Assembly (NCBI GenBank): GCA_026003015.1
Contig: BPGL01000001.1
Coordinates: forward strand, 902,913 to 966,912
Reading direction: 5' to 3'
Length of the DNA stretch: 64,000 bases
Origin: Actinomycetota bacterium
GTDB lineage: Bacteria; Actinomycetota; UBA4738; HRBIN12
The notes below the pieces were generated by a model. That model did not search any database and was not told the origin of the DNA. It saw only the letters and a program-made list of their open reading frames with translations. Shown here piece after piece: positions 36,949 through 46,632 of the stretch (the first letter of the stretch is position 1; each line of letters begins with the position of its first letter). The position numbers and the translations under genes were made by a program.

Positions 36949-39490
36949 GCTCGCGCTGCGCGGGTTCCGCTCCTACCGCGCCGAGGCGCGGTTCGACTGG
37001 CGCGGACGGCGCCTCGTCGGGATCGTCGGGCCGATCGGGGCCGGCAAGTCCTCGATCCTGGACGCGATCGCCTTCGCCCTGTACGGGAAGACCCCAGGGG
37101 TTGGGCGGGACACCCGGTCCTTGATCCACCAGCTGTGCGACGAGTGTCACGTCGAACTGGTCTTCGAGGTCGACGGACAGATCTGGCGAGCGGTGCGCGC
37201 CCTGCGCCGCCGGGGACAGGCTGGCCACCAGCTCGAGCACCTCGCGGCCGACGAAGCGGACGCGCCGGTGCTCGAGCGGGTCGCGGGCGACCGTCCGATG
37301 ACCGCCCGCGTCGAACAGCTCCTCGGGCTCGACTTCGACGCGTTCTGCCGTTCGGTGCTGCTCGCCCAGAACCGCTTCGCGCAGTTGCTGCGCGCCACTC
37401 CCGCGGAGCGCGACCGCGTGCTGCAGGGGGTGTTCGGCTACGAGCGGGTCGACGCGCTGCGCCAGGCGGCGCGGGAGCGGATCGCCGGGCTCGCGGGACA
37501 GCTCGATGGGCTCGTGCGAGACCGAGAGCGGATCGAGCGAGCCCGCGAGGCGCTCGAAGGAGCGAGGACGGCTGAGCAGCGCGCCGGGGCTCGGGCGCGC
37601 GAGCTGGAGGCGGCGACCCCGCGCCTCGAGCGGCTCGACCGGGAGCGCGCCGAGGCCGAGGCCCTCGGCCGTGAGCTCGAGGCCGCCCGGACCGAGCTCA
37701 GGGCGATCGCCGCGGCGCTGCCGTCCCACGAGGAGATCGCCGCAGCGGCCACCGCGGGGCGCGGGGCCGACGAGCGCCTGGCGGCGGCCGAGCGCGATCT
37801 CGCGGCGGCGCTCGCCGATCGCGACGCGCGGCGGGCCGAGCTCGCCCAGGTCGAGGGGCGGGTCGGCGATCCGGCGCTGCTCGCGTCCTTCGAGGAGCTG
37901 GTCCGTCGCCACGAAGAGGAAGCCGCGGCGCTCGAGCGGGCGGCGGCCGAGCTCCAGGACGCGGAGGCAAGCGAGCGCGCGGCTCGGGACGACGAGCGCC
38001 GCGCCGCCGAGGAGGTCGCGGGCGCCGACCGGGCGGTGCGGGGGGCCGAGGAGACCGACCGCGCCGCGCAGGCGAGGCTCGAGGAGGCCCGCGCGGCGCT
38101 GGAGCGGGCGCTGCACGCGGACATGGCCGCGACGCTTCGCACGAGCCTCGCGGTCGGGGAGCCCTGCCCGGTGTGCGACCGGCCCGTGCACGAGCTCCCG
38201 CCCACCAGACGGGCACCGAAGGTGGACGCCGCGCGGCGGGCCCTCGACCGAGCGCAGGCGCGGGCCCGGGAGGCGGCCGAGGGGCTCGACGGCGCCCGAT
38301 CGACTCATGCCGCCGCGATCGCGACGCTCGAGGCCGCTCGGCGCGCGCACGAGGAGATCCGAACGCGTCGCACGCAGCTCGCCGCAACCCTCGAGGCCCG
38401 GCGCGCCGACCACGCGGCCACCGCCGCGGCCCTCGCCGAACACCTCGGCGAGGGCGATCCTCGCGCCCTGCTCGGGGCCCGGATCGCCGAGCTCGACGCC
38501 GCACGGGCGAGGCTGGACGAGGCGACCGCCCGCCTGGAGTCCGCGCTCACCGCGCGCGACGAGGCTGCGCGCGACGCCGAGCGGGCGCGCGGGGCGGTCG
38601 TCGAGCTCGCCAGCCGACTCACGCACGCCTGGGGACGGCTCGGCGAGGACCGCCGGGTACCGCCCGAGGTCGACGGCCTCGAGGCCGCCTTCGCGGACGT
38701 GGGCGAGGCGATCGTCGTCAAAGCCGACGAGCTCGCGGGGCGCTCGGCCGAGGCCGCCGCCCTGGGGCGGGCACGGCGCGAGGAGCGGGCCGCGGCGCTG
38801 CGGGCCCTCGGCCTCGAACCCGACGCCGACCCGGCTGCCGAGCTCCTGGCCGCGAGCCGGGCGCACGCGGACGCGCTCGCCCGCCTGGGTGAGCTCGAGG
38901 CCGAGGTCGAGGCCGCCGGCCAGCTCACCGAAGCGCTGGAGCGGACCGAGCGGCAGCTCTTGGTCGCTCGCACCCTCGAGGAAGACCTCCGAGCGGGGGG
39001 GTTCCTCACCTACCTGCTCGCGACCGGGCGCGCGGAGCTCGCCGCCGTCGGGAGCCACCACCTCGAGACGCTCACCGACGGGGCCTTCCGGTTCACGCCC
39101 GAGTTCCGCATCGAGGACCTCAACGCCGCGGGGTCGGTGCGCGCCGCCGAAAGCCTCTCGGGAGGGGAGACGTTCCTCGCCTCGCTCGCGCTCGCGCTGG
39201 GCCTGGCCGAGATCGTCGCCCGCGGCGGCGGACGCCTCGACGCCTTCTTCCTGGACGAGGGCTTCGGCAGCCTGGACCCCGAACACATCGCCCGCGCGAT
39301 GGACGGGATCGGGCGGCTCGTGGCTGGGCGCGCCGACCGCCTCGTCGTCGTCGTCAGCCACGTCGAGCAGATGAAGCAGGAGATCGAGGACCTCATCGTG
39401 CTGGACAAGGACGACGTCACCGGCGACACGCGGGTGATCCGTGGAGCCCGCCTCCGCGACGGGACCGAACGGCCCAGGCCGAACGTCTGA
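36945..39490 (+). CDS. sbcC: Rad50/SbcC-family SMC-like ATPase with a zinc hook
   Basis: Walker A GPIGAGKSSILDAI, a long Ala/Arg/Glu coiled coil, a CPVC zinc hook, and a C-terminal signature SGGETFLASLALALGL plus a D-loop FLDEGFGSLD. 4-nt overlap with sbcD. Confidence 0.85.
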
Positions 39491-39658
39491 CCGTCGCCCC
39501 CGGCGCATATCCCCCGGATGCGGCTAACCCACCGGGTGCGCCCTGCCGATAACCAACCCAACGGGTCATCCGAGGCCCCACCGAGCGGACCGGTCCCGCT
39601 GGGTGGTCGGCGCGGTGGGCCGGGGTGGACGTCCGGGTCGGACCGAGGATCGGGAGCG

Positions 39659-42643
39659 ATGAGCACGTCGGTAGCGGGAGCCAGGGGGGGACAGGTCGCA
39701 CGAACGCTCCTCGTCGCGCTGGCCGGAGTGCTCGCGCTCGGGGTGGCCCTCTCGTTCATGATGAGCCTGCGCGCGCGCAACGACGCGCGCAACCAGATCG
39801 TCGAGCAGGCGCGAACGATCGTCGAGCGGAGCCTCACGCTCGCGTTCCAACCGAGCGACGTGGAAGGACCCGTCGCTGCCGACCGCGCGGTCGAGCTCTC
39901 GGAGCAGCTGCGCGCGATCGTCCTGGACCCGACGGACTTCACCTCGGTCACCCTCTACGGGACCGACGGGACGATCCTGTACACGACCGAGATCTCGCGC
40001 ATCGGGACGCGGCTGGCGGGCGAGGAAGGCCGGATCGAGGAAGCCCTCAAGGGGATCACGCAGACGCGCACCGACGACGGTCGCTTCTCGACGCTCGTCG
40101 CCTTCCGCTTCCCCTCCGGCGCCGGCCGGCCCGCCGCGGTCGAGCTCGTCCGCGACGACGGGCCGATCGTCGCCGCGATCACGCCCTGGCGCACGATCTC
40201 GGCCTTCCTCGCCGTCGTGCTCGCGCTCCTCGGTCTCGCGACGTGGGTGGTGGCTCGCGTCACGAGCTCCACGACCGCCGCGATGGCGAGCCGGGTCGAG
40301 GCGGCCGTGCGCCAGGCGACGAGCGCGCAGCCCGGGCCGCACCGGCCCGAGCCGCGCCACCCGGGTCTGCGGGAGGAAGCCGAGGCTCGCCGACGGGCCG
40401 AGGAACGCGCCGAGGTCGCGGAGCAGCGACTCGCGATGCTGCAGGACCAGTACCGCAAGGCGCTCGAGGACCTCCAGCACCTGCGGGCGGTCGCGGCCCA
40501 GCCCGCCTCGACCCTGCCCGATCCGGCGCTCGAGGCCAGGGCCCTTCGCGCCGAGGGGCAGGTCCACACGCTCCAGGCCCAGGTCCAGCGCCTGACCCAC
40601 GAGCGGGAGGAGCTCGCGAGGCGGCTGCGCGACGCCGAGGCGGCGACCCCGACGACCGGGGCCGACGAGGCGGCCTTGCTCGAGGCCCGGCGCGAGGCGA
40701 TCGGGCTGCGCGCCGAGCTCGAGGGCGCCCGCGCTCAGATCGATCTCCTCGAGGCGGAGCTCGCGCGGGCCCGCGCGGACTCGGCCCCCGACGAGCGCAC
40801 CGCCGCGGAGCTCGCCACCGCCCAGGAGGCGCTCGAGGCGGCGCGGGCGCAGCTGGGGTCGATGGAGCGGGAGCTCGACGACGCCCGCGCGGAGCTGCGG
40901 ACGCTGCGGGCCGAGGAGCAGCGCGCCGCGATGCTCGAAGAGGACGTGCGGGGACTCCGGGCGACCCTCGAGAGCCTCGAGGCGTCCCATCGGGCCGAGC
41001 TCGTCGAACGAGAGGCGGAGCTCGAGGAGAAGGTGCGCGCGGCTCGTGAGGACTTCCAGCGCCAGCTCGAGGAGATCGAGCGCTCCTACGCGGGCCAGCT
41101 CGGCAAGCGGGAGTCCGATCTGGCCGCCCGGATCGCCGAGGCCGAGGCGGAGGCGCGACGCACGCAGCGCGAGCTCGAGGCCGTGCGGGCCGAGCTCGAG
41201 GCGGCCAGGGCCGAGGCGGCCGGCCGTGAGCAGCGCGTGCTGCAGGCCGCCGACGAGCTCGTCGCGATGCGGGCGGAACGAGATGCCCTGCAGGCCGAGC
41301 TCGAGGAACAGCGCCGCGTGGCGGCCGCGGCGTCCGAGCAGGCGCAGGTGGCGCTGCAGACCGCCGAGGAGCTCCAGGCCGAGATCGGGCGGGCCCACGA
41401 AGCCGTCGCCCAGCTGCGCGAGGAGCTCGTCGCGGAGCGGCTGAGCGCGAGCGAGGCCGCCGAGCGGGCCGAGCGGGCCGAGCGCGAGCGCGACGCCCTC
41501 GCGGCGAGGGCCGCCGAGCTAGGGCATCAGCTCGACGCGGCCGCCTCAGAGAACGCCGAGCTGAACCGCCGGCTGCAGGAGGTCGAGGCGCGCCGGCAGC
41601 TCGAGCTCGCCGACGACCAGGGGCGCGCGGCGATCGACGAGCTCCTCGCGGTGACCCAGGAGCGTCTGGCCGGGCAGACGGAGAAGCTGATGGCGGCCGA
41701 GGACCGCGTGCGCGAGCTCGAGCACGAGCTCGCGCGGGCGCTCGAGCGGATCGAGGTGACCGAGACGGAGCTGCGCACCCACCGGATGGCCGAGGCGCTC
41801 AAGGGCATGCGGGAGGACGGCGCGGGCGCCGAGGACGGCGCGGGCGCCGCCGCGCCGGCCGGCGCGACGCCCTCGTCGGCCTCGCCGGCCTCGCCGGCCG
41901 ATCCCCTGGCGCGTGAGCTGTCGCTGGAGGCGAAGAAGACCCTGGCCCGGATCGTCGGGATCACGCAGATCCTCAAGCACAAGCCCGACACGAAGGAACA
42001 GGCGCAGCTCCTGCGACAGCTGACCAACCACGCGAGGCGCCTGGACCGCACGGTCGCCGACCTGGCCGAGGCCGAGGCGCTCGCGACCGGTCGCCTCGAG
42101 CTGCAGATCAAGCGGACCGACCTCGCCGCGCTCGTCGAGCGGGTCGCGGAGGAGTCGGGGGTCGGCGCCGACCACGAGCTTCGGGTCGTCGCCGAGCCCC
42201 TCGCCATCGGGGTCGACCCCCAGCGCGTGGAGCAGCTCCTCGCGCAGCTGCTCGAGGCCGCCGGTGAGCGCACGCCGAACGGTCGGGACATCGTCGTGCG
42301 GGTCGCCGGCCACGACGAAGGCGGCCTGCTCGTGATCGAGGAGCCGCAGGACCCCAAGGGGGTCGTGCCGTCGCCGGTCGCACGCTGCCTCGCCGAAGCA
42401 CACGGAGGGCGCATCGAGGTGCGACCCGCCCCGGCGGGCGGCACCGAGACGCGGGTGATCCTTCCCGACGGCGCTCCCCCGCCGAGCGAGGAGATCAAGG
42501 TCCTCGTGGACGGGGAGCCCGACGCCGACGGGTGGGAGCCCGGTGCCGAGATGGTCCTCGTCCAGGAGCTGCACCGCCTCGCCGAGATGCCCGAGCCGCA
42601 GCGCAAGGGCGGGCGCTTCCGCCGGGCCGGCCGGAAGGGATGA
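39659..42643 (+). CDS. Membrane-anchored coiled-coil protein with an extracytoplasmic sensor-like domain and a degenerate histidine-kinase-like C-terminus
   Basis: Two TM segments (LLVALAGVLALGVAL and ISAFLAVVLALLGLATWVV) flank a ~190-aa loop. A ~500-aa Ala/Glu/Arg/Leu coiled coil follows. The C-terminal DHp-like region LTNHARRLDRTV retains a His, but the N box (LLEAAGE) and G box are degenerate. I place the start at the ATG at 39659. Confidence 0.6.
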   Translation: MSTSVAGARGGQVARTLLVALAGVLALGVALSFMMSLRARNDARNQIVEQARTIVERSLTLAFQPSDVEGPVAADRAVELSEQLRAIVLDPTDFTSVTLYGTDGTILYTTEISRIGTRLAGEEGRIEEALKGITQTRTDDGRFSTLVAFRFPSGAGRPAAVELVRDDGPIVAAITPWRTISAFLAVVLALLGLATWVVARVTSSTTAAMASRVEAAVRQATSAQPGPHRPEPRHPGLREEAEARRRAEERAEVAEQRLAMLQDQYRKALEDLQHLRAVAAQPASTLPDPALEARALRAEGQVHTLQAQVQRLTHEREELARRLRDAEAATPTTGADEAALLEARREAIGLRAELEGARAQIDLLEAELARARADSAPDERTAAELATAQEALEAARAQLGSMERELDDARAELRTLRAEEQRAAMLEEDVRGLRATLESLEASHRAELVEREAELEEKVRAAREDFQRQLEEIERSYAGQLGKRESDLAARIAEAEAEARRTQRELEAVRAELEAARAEAAGREQRVLQAADELVAMRAERDALQAELEEQRRVAAAASEQAQVALQTAEELQAEIGRAHEAVAQLREELVAERLSASEAAERAERAERERDALAARAAELGHQLDAAASENAELNRRLQEVEARRQLELADDQGRAAIDELLAVTQERLAGQTEKLMAAEDRVRELEHELARALERIEVTETELRTHRMAEALKGMREDGAGAEDGAGAAAPAGATPSSASPASPADPLARELSLEAKKTLARIVGITQILKHKPDTKEQAQLLRQLTNHARRLDRTVADLAEAEALATGRLELQIKRTDLAALVERVAEESGVGADHELRVVAEPLAIGVDPQRVEQLLAQLLEAAGERTPNGRDIVVRVAGHDEGGLLVIEEPQDPKGVVPSPVARCLAEAHGGRIEVRPAPAGGTETRVILPDGAPPPSEEIKVLVDGEPDADGWEPGAEMVLVQELHRLAEMPEPQRKGGRFRRAGRKG

Positions 42644-42653
42644 GGTCCCCGCG

Positions 42654-43847
42654 CTACGTCGCGGGCTCCAGGCGGAGGAGCATGGCGTCCCCCTGACCGC
42701 CTCCTCCGCAGATCGCGGCGCCGCCAACGTCCACCCGGCGGCGCCGCATCTCGTAGGCCAGCGTGAGCACGAGCCTCGCACCGCTGGCTCCGATCGGATG
42801 CCCCAGGGCGACGGCGCCGCCGTTGACGTTCACGAGGTCGTCGTCGAGGTCGAGCATCCTCGTCGCGTGGTGGGCCACCGCCGCGAAGGCCTCGTTGATC
42901 TCGACGAGCCCCAGATCGTCCACGCTCAGGCCGGCCCGATCGAGGGCCGCTCGCAGCGCGAGCGCCGGCACCGTGTGCAGCGACGGGTACCGGTCGGCCG
43001 ACATGCCGTAGCCGGCGATCGTGGCCAGCGGGCGCAGGCCGAGCCGCTCCGCGGCCTCCGCGCTGGCCACGACGACCGCGGCGGCCCCGTCGGAGATCTG
43101 CGAGGCGTTGCCGGCGGTCACGGTGCCGCCCTCGCTGAACGCCGGCGCGAGTCGGCCGAGGGCCTCGACGGACGTGTCGGGGCGGATGCCCTCGTCGCGC
43201 TCGACGACGACCGGATCGCTGCGACGTTGCGGGACCTCGACCGGCACCACCTCCTCCGCCATCCGGCCCTCCTCCCAGGCGGCGTGGGCGCGCGCATGGG
43301 AGCGCGCCGCCCAGCGGTCCTGGTCCTCGCGGGCGATCGCCAGCTCCGCGTTCATCGCGTCGGTGCCCGCCCCCATGTGTCGATCGTCGAAGGCACACCA
43401 CAGGCCGTCGTGGATCATCGCGTCGAGCATCGGGGCGTTCCCGAGGCGCTTGCCGCTGCGGGCGTCCGGGAGGACGAAGGGCGCGTTCGTCATCGACTCC
43501 ATGCCGCCGGCCACCGCCACCTCGATCTCGCCGGCGCGGATCATCTGATCGGCCATCGCGATCGCCGACATGCCCGACAGGCAGACCTTGTTGACGGTGA
43601 TCGCCGGCACGCCGATCGGGATCCCGGCCGCGACCGCCGCCTGCCGAGCCGTGATCTGTCCCTGGCCCGCTTGGATCACGTGGCCCATGATCACGTAGTC
43701 GACGAGATGGGGGGCGAGGCCGGCTCGCTCGAGCGCGGCCCGGATCGCGATCGCCCCGAGGTCGACCGCGCGCAGCGGGGCCAGGCCGGCCCCGAACCGC
43801 CCGATGGGCGTTCGGGCGCCCGCCACGATCACGGACCGGGTCCTCAC
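42654..43847 (-). CDS. Acetyl-CoA C-acetyltransferase (thiolase II)
   Basis: Active-site region NKVCLSGMSAIAMA and a C-terminal GHPIGASGARLV...CGGGGQG thiolase signature. Confidence 0.9.
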   Translation of the reverse strand: MRTRSVIVAGARTPIGRFGAGLAPLRAVDLGAIAIRAALERAGLAPHLVDYVIMGHVIQAGQGQITARQAAVAAGIPIGVPAITVNKVCLSGMSAIAMADQMIRAGEIEVAVAGGMESMTNAPFVLPDARSGKRLGNAPMLDAMIHDGLWCAFDDRHMGAGTDAMNAELAIAREDQDRWAARSHARAHAAWEEGRMAEEVVPVEVPQRRSDPVVVERDEGIRPDTSVEALGRLAPAFSEGGTVTAGNASQISDGAAAVVVASAEAAERLGLRPLATIAGYGMSADRYPSLHTVPALALRAALDRAGLSVDDLGLVEINEAFAAVAHHATRMLDLDDDLVNVNGGAVALGHPIGASGARLVLTLAYEMRRRRVDVGGAAICGGGGQGDAMLLRLEPAT

Positions 43848-43857
43848 GCCCGGAAGT

Positions 43858-45627
43858 CTAGGTGCGAGCCGCGACGGCGCGCTCGATCACGTCGAGGATC
43901 TCCTCTCGGACCAGCTCGTCGCGCTCCAGGAGGGCATCGCGCAGCGCGGTGTGCACGTCGGTGTTCTCCGCGAGGACGGCCCGGGCCCGCTCGCGCTGCG
44001 CGTCGAGGATGCGCTCGACGTGACGGCGGGCGGACTCGTCCGCGAGGACCTTCGCGACCAGGTTCGAGCGCCCGAGCCTCCCGTCCTGCACGGCCTCGAA
44101 GCTCACGAGCGAACCCGCCATCCCGAACGCGCCGACCATCCGGCACGCGAGCTCCGTCGCCGTCGCGAGGTCGGCGCCGGGACCGGTGCCGGTCTCGCCG
44201 AACCGGAGCTCCTCGGCCACGAGACCGCCCAACGCGATCGCGATCGAGGCCTCGAGCTCCGAACGCGTACGCGTGAAGCGCTCCTCCTCGTCGCTGTGCG
44301 CGAGGAGCCCGAGCGAGCCCCGGCGCTTGATGATGGACAGCACCTCGAGCCGTCGACCCTTGCCGAGCACGTAGGCGACCGTCGCGTGCCCGGCCTCGTG
44401 CGTGGCGATCGCGAGGCGTTCGTCGTCGGTGTAGGTGACCGGCTGCTTCGTGCCGACCTCCTCGGTCATCTTCGCCTCGATGACGTCGTCGAGGTTCATC
44501 TGCTTGCGTCCATCACGCAGGGCAACGAGCAGCGCCTCGTCGAAGAGGTGCTCGATCATCACCGGCGTGTAGCCGAACGTGTCGGCGGCGATCCGATCGC
44601 GCACGGCGTCCTCGTCGAGCTGCTCGTGGTGCGCCTTGCGCGCGAGGAAGAAGTCGATGAGGTCGCGCCGCTCCTGCTTCGTCGGCACGTCGAAGTAGAG
44701 GCGCCGATCGAACCGACCCGGGCGTAGCAGCGCGGGATCGAGCGCGTCGCCGCGGTTCGTCGCGGCGATGAGCAGGATGTTGTGGTAGGCGGGGCGCATC
44801 GCGCACAGCTGGCGGTTCGGCGGCAGGAAGCCGTTGAGCCAGGTGATCGCGCGCGCGCGCAGCCGATCGGCCAGGGGCGGCTGGTCGAACGACTGCATCT
44901 GGATCAGCAGCTCGTTCACCATGCTGCTCCCGCCTAGGTCGATGAACGGAGCACGGGCACGCCCGAGGTCGTCGGCCGCTTGGGCCGCGGCGGCTGCGAC
45001 GCCGCCGCGCGAGGCCCCGATCGCGTCGATCTCCTCGATGAAGCCGATCGCGCCCCCTTCCTTGCGCGCGGCCTTCCGGAGCGCCTTGAAGAACGACCGG
45101 ATCCGGAACGCCGTCATCCCCGACCACATCGACTGGAAGGCCGGGGCCGAGATGAACAGGAAAGGCACGCCGGCCTGCTTGGCCATCGCCTTGGCCAGGT
45201 AGGTCTTTCCGGTACCGGGCGGACCCTCGAACAGCACGCCGCGCCGCGGGGTGCCGCCGAGCTCCTCGCGGAACGTCGCGTACCCGAGGAACACGTCGAG
45301 GGTGCGCACGACCTCGTCGACCTGGTGATCCAGCCCTCGGATGTCGGTGAGACCTACCTCGACCTGCTCGGGGTAGACGGTGATGTGCGGCGAGCGCCCG
45401 TTGATCAGCGGCAGAGCCGCCATCAGGACGATCGCGATGAAGATGCCGATGACCGGCAGGAAGTAGTACCAGTCGGGCGGAAGGGTCAGCCGAAGACCCG
45501 TCGGATGGCGCCGCCAGAGCAGGTACAGGCCGAGATCGAAGACGGCGACGACGACGATCGCCTTCACGATCCGCCGCAGGCGCGTGCGCTCGCGCTGGCG
45601 GAACACGTCGGCGGAGCCCTCCCGGAC
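43858..45627 (-). CDS. FtsH-like membrane AAA+ ATPase / zinc metalloprotease (short periplasmic loop)
   Basis: Two TM helices, Walker A GPPGTGKTYLAK, SRH region, and an HEAGH zinc-binding motif. The start is uncertain (candidate GTG near 45627). The track ORF extends to 45978 and overlaps the divergent regulator. Confidence 0.75.
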   Translation of the reverse strand, partial: VREGSADVFRQRERTRLRRIVKAIVVVAVFDLGLYLLWRRHPTGLRLTLPPDWYYFLPVIGIFIAIVLMAALPLINGRSPHITVYPEQVEVGLTDIRGLDHQVDEVVRTLDVFLGYATFREELGGTPRRGVLFEGPPGTGKTYLAKAMAKQAGVPFLFISAPAFQSMWSGMTAFRIRSFFKALRKAARKEGGAIGFIEEIDAIGASRGGVAAAAAQAADDLGRARAPFIDLGGSSMVNELLIQMQSFDQPPLADRLRARAITWLNGFLPPNRQLCAMRPAYHNILLIAATNRGDALDPALLRPGRFDRRLYFDVPTKQERRDLIDFFLARKAHHEQLDEDAVRDRIAADTFGYTPVMIEHLFDEALLVALRDGRKQMNLDDVIEAKMTEEVGTKQPVTYTDDERLAIATHEAGHATVAYVLGKGRRLEVLSIIKRRGSLGLLAHSDEEERFTRTRSELEASIAIALGGLVAEELRFGETGTGPGADLATATELACRMVGAFGMAGSLVSFEAVQDGRLGRSNLVAKVLADESARRHVERILDAQRERARAVLAENTDVHTALRDALLERDELVREEILDVIERAVAART

Positions 45628-45820
45628 GAGCCGAGAGCCGGCGAGCAGCGCCGCGGGTCCTGCGTGGCTGTCGTTGCGTTCGCGCACCTGGTGCCGTCCT
45701 CGGGCGCGCCCGCCGGACGGCGGGTCGCACGCCCAGCGTACGACGGAGGGCCCGATCGAACATCGGCCCTTCGGTCCGAAGGCACGGCCGGGGGGTCGGC
45801 TCGCGGTAGGGTGAGCGTCC

Positions 45821-46198
45821 ATGGCCGAACGTCCGACGAGCGGCCCGGGCCGGAGGTCTCCGGGCGACGACCGCGAGGTGGTCGGCGGTCTGCTGCGACG
45901 CCTGCGGCGCGCCGCGGGGTTCCGATCGGTGGAGGCCGCGGCGACGACGCCGGGGTGCCCGGTCTCCCGCCAGACCATCTACACCTACGAGCGCGGCGAG
46001 CTCCTGCCGCCGCTTTCCCAACTCCTGGAGCTCGTCGAGTTCTACGTGCTGCGCGACGATCGCCCCGGCCGAGGGACGGACGAGGAGCTGCGGATCCTCG
46101 GCGTCGCGACCGTCGTGCGGGCGCTGTACCTGCCCGCCTACCACGTCGTGCGCGCCTGGGAGCTCATCAACCGCCTCCAGGCAGGAGGACGCGGGTGA
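45821..46198 (+). CDS. XRE-family helix-turn-helix transcriptional regulator
   Basis: LRRLRRAAGFRSVEAAATTPGCPVSRQTIYTYERGELLPPLSQLLELVEFY matches the HTH_XRE pattern. Translationally coupled to the epimerase. Confidence 0.55.
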   Translation: MAERPTSGPGRRSPGDDREVVGGLLRRLRRAAGFRSVEAAATTPGCPVSRQTIYTYERGELLPPLSQLLELVEFYVLRDDRPGRGTDEELRILGVATVVRALYLPAYHVVRAWELINRLQAGGRG

Positions 46199-46632
46199 TC
46201 GGACCGAGCGCGCTCGACCACGTCGGCATCGCGGTCGAGGACCTCGAGGCCGCGGTCGCCCACTACCGGCGTGTCCTCGGGCTGGAGCCCGTGCACCGCG
46301 AGCGCGTGGAGGACCAGGGGGTCGAGGAGGTGCTCTTCGAGCTGGGCGGGTCCTACGTCCAGCTGCTCGGGGCGCTCGGGCCCGACACCCCGGTGGGTCG
46401 TTCGCTCGCCCGGCGCGGCCCCGGCGTGCACCACATCGCGATCCGCGTCGACGACATCGCGCAGGCGCTCCGGCGGCTGCGGACCGAGGGCGTGCGCCTC
46501 GTCGACGAGGCGCCCAGGCCGGGCTCACGCGACACCCTGATCGCGTTCGTCCACCCCTCCGCGATGGGCGGGGTCCTGCTCGAGCTCGTCCAGGAGCGCC
46601 CAGCGGGCGGCGCGGGCCCGTCCCGGGGCTAG
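46195..46632 (+). CDS. Methylmalonyl-CoA / ethylmalonyl-CoA epimerase (VOC / glyoxalase-fold)
   Basis: LDHVGIAVEDLEAAVAHYRRVLGL ... GVHHIAIRVDDI ... GVLLELVQ. The GTG start overlaps the upstream stop. Confidence 0.8.
   Translation: MIGPSALDHVGIAVEDLEAAVAHYRRVLGLEPVHRERVEDQGVEEVLFELGGSYVQLLGALGPDTPVGRSLARRGPGVHHIAIRVDDIAQALRRLRTEGVRLVDEAPRPGSRDTLIAFVHPSAMGGVLLELVQERPAGGAGPSRG

Noticed and set aside
36704-41398. Long minus-strand ORFs (36704..39508, 39566..41398) antisense to sbcC and the coiled-coil protein
   Set aside because: Antisense to Ala/Glu/Arg coiled-coil-coding DNA, which trivially yields long open antisense frames.
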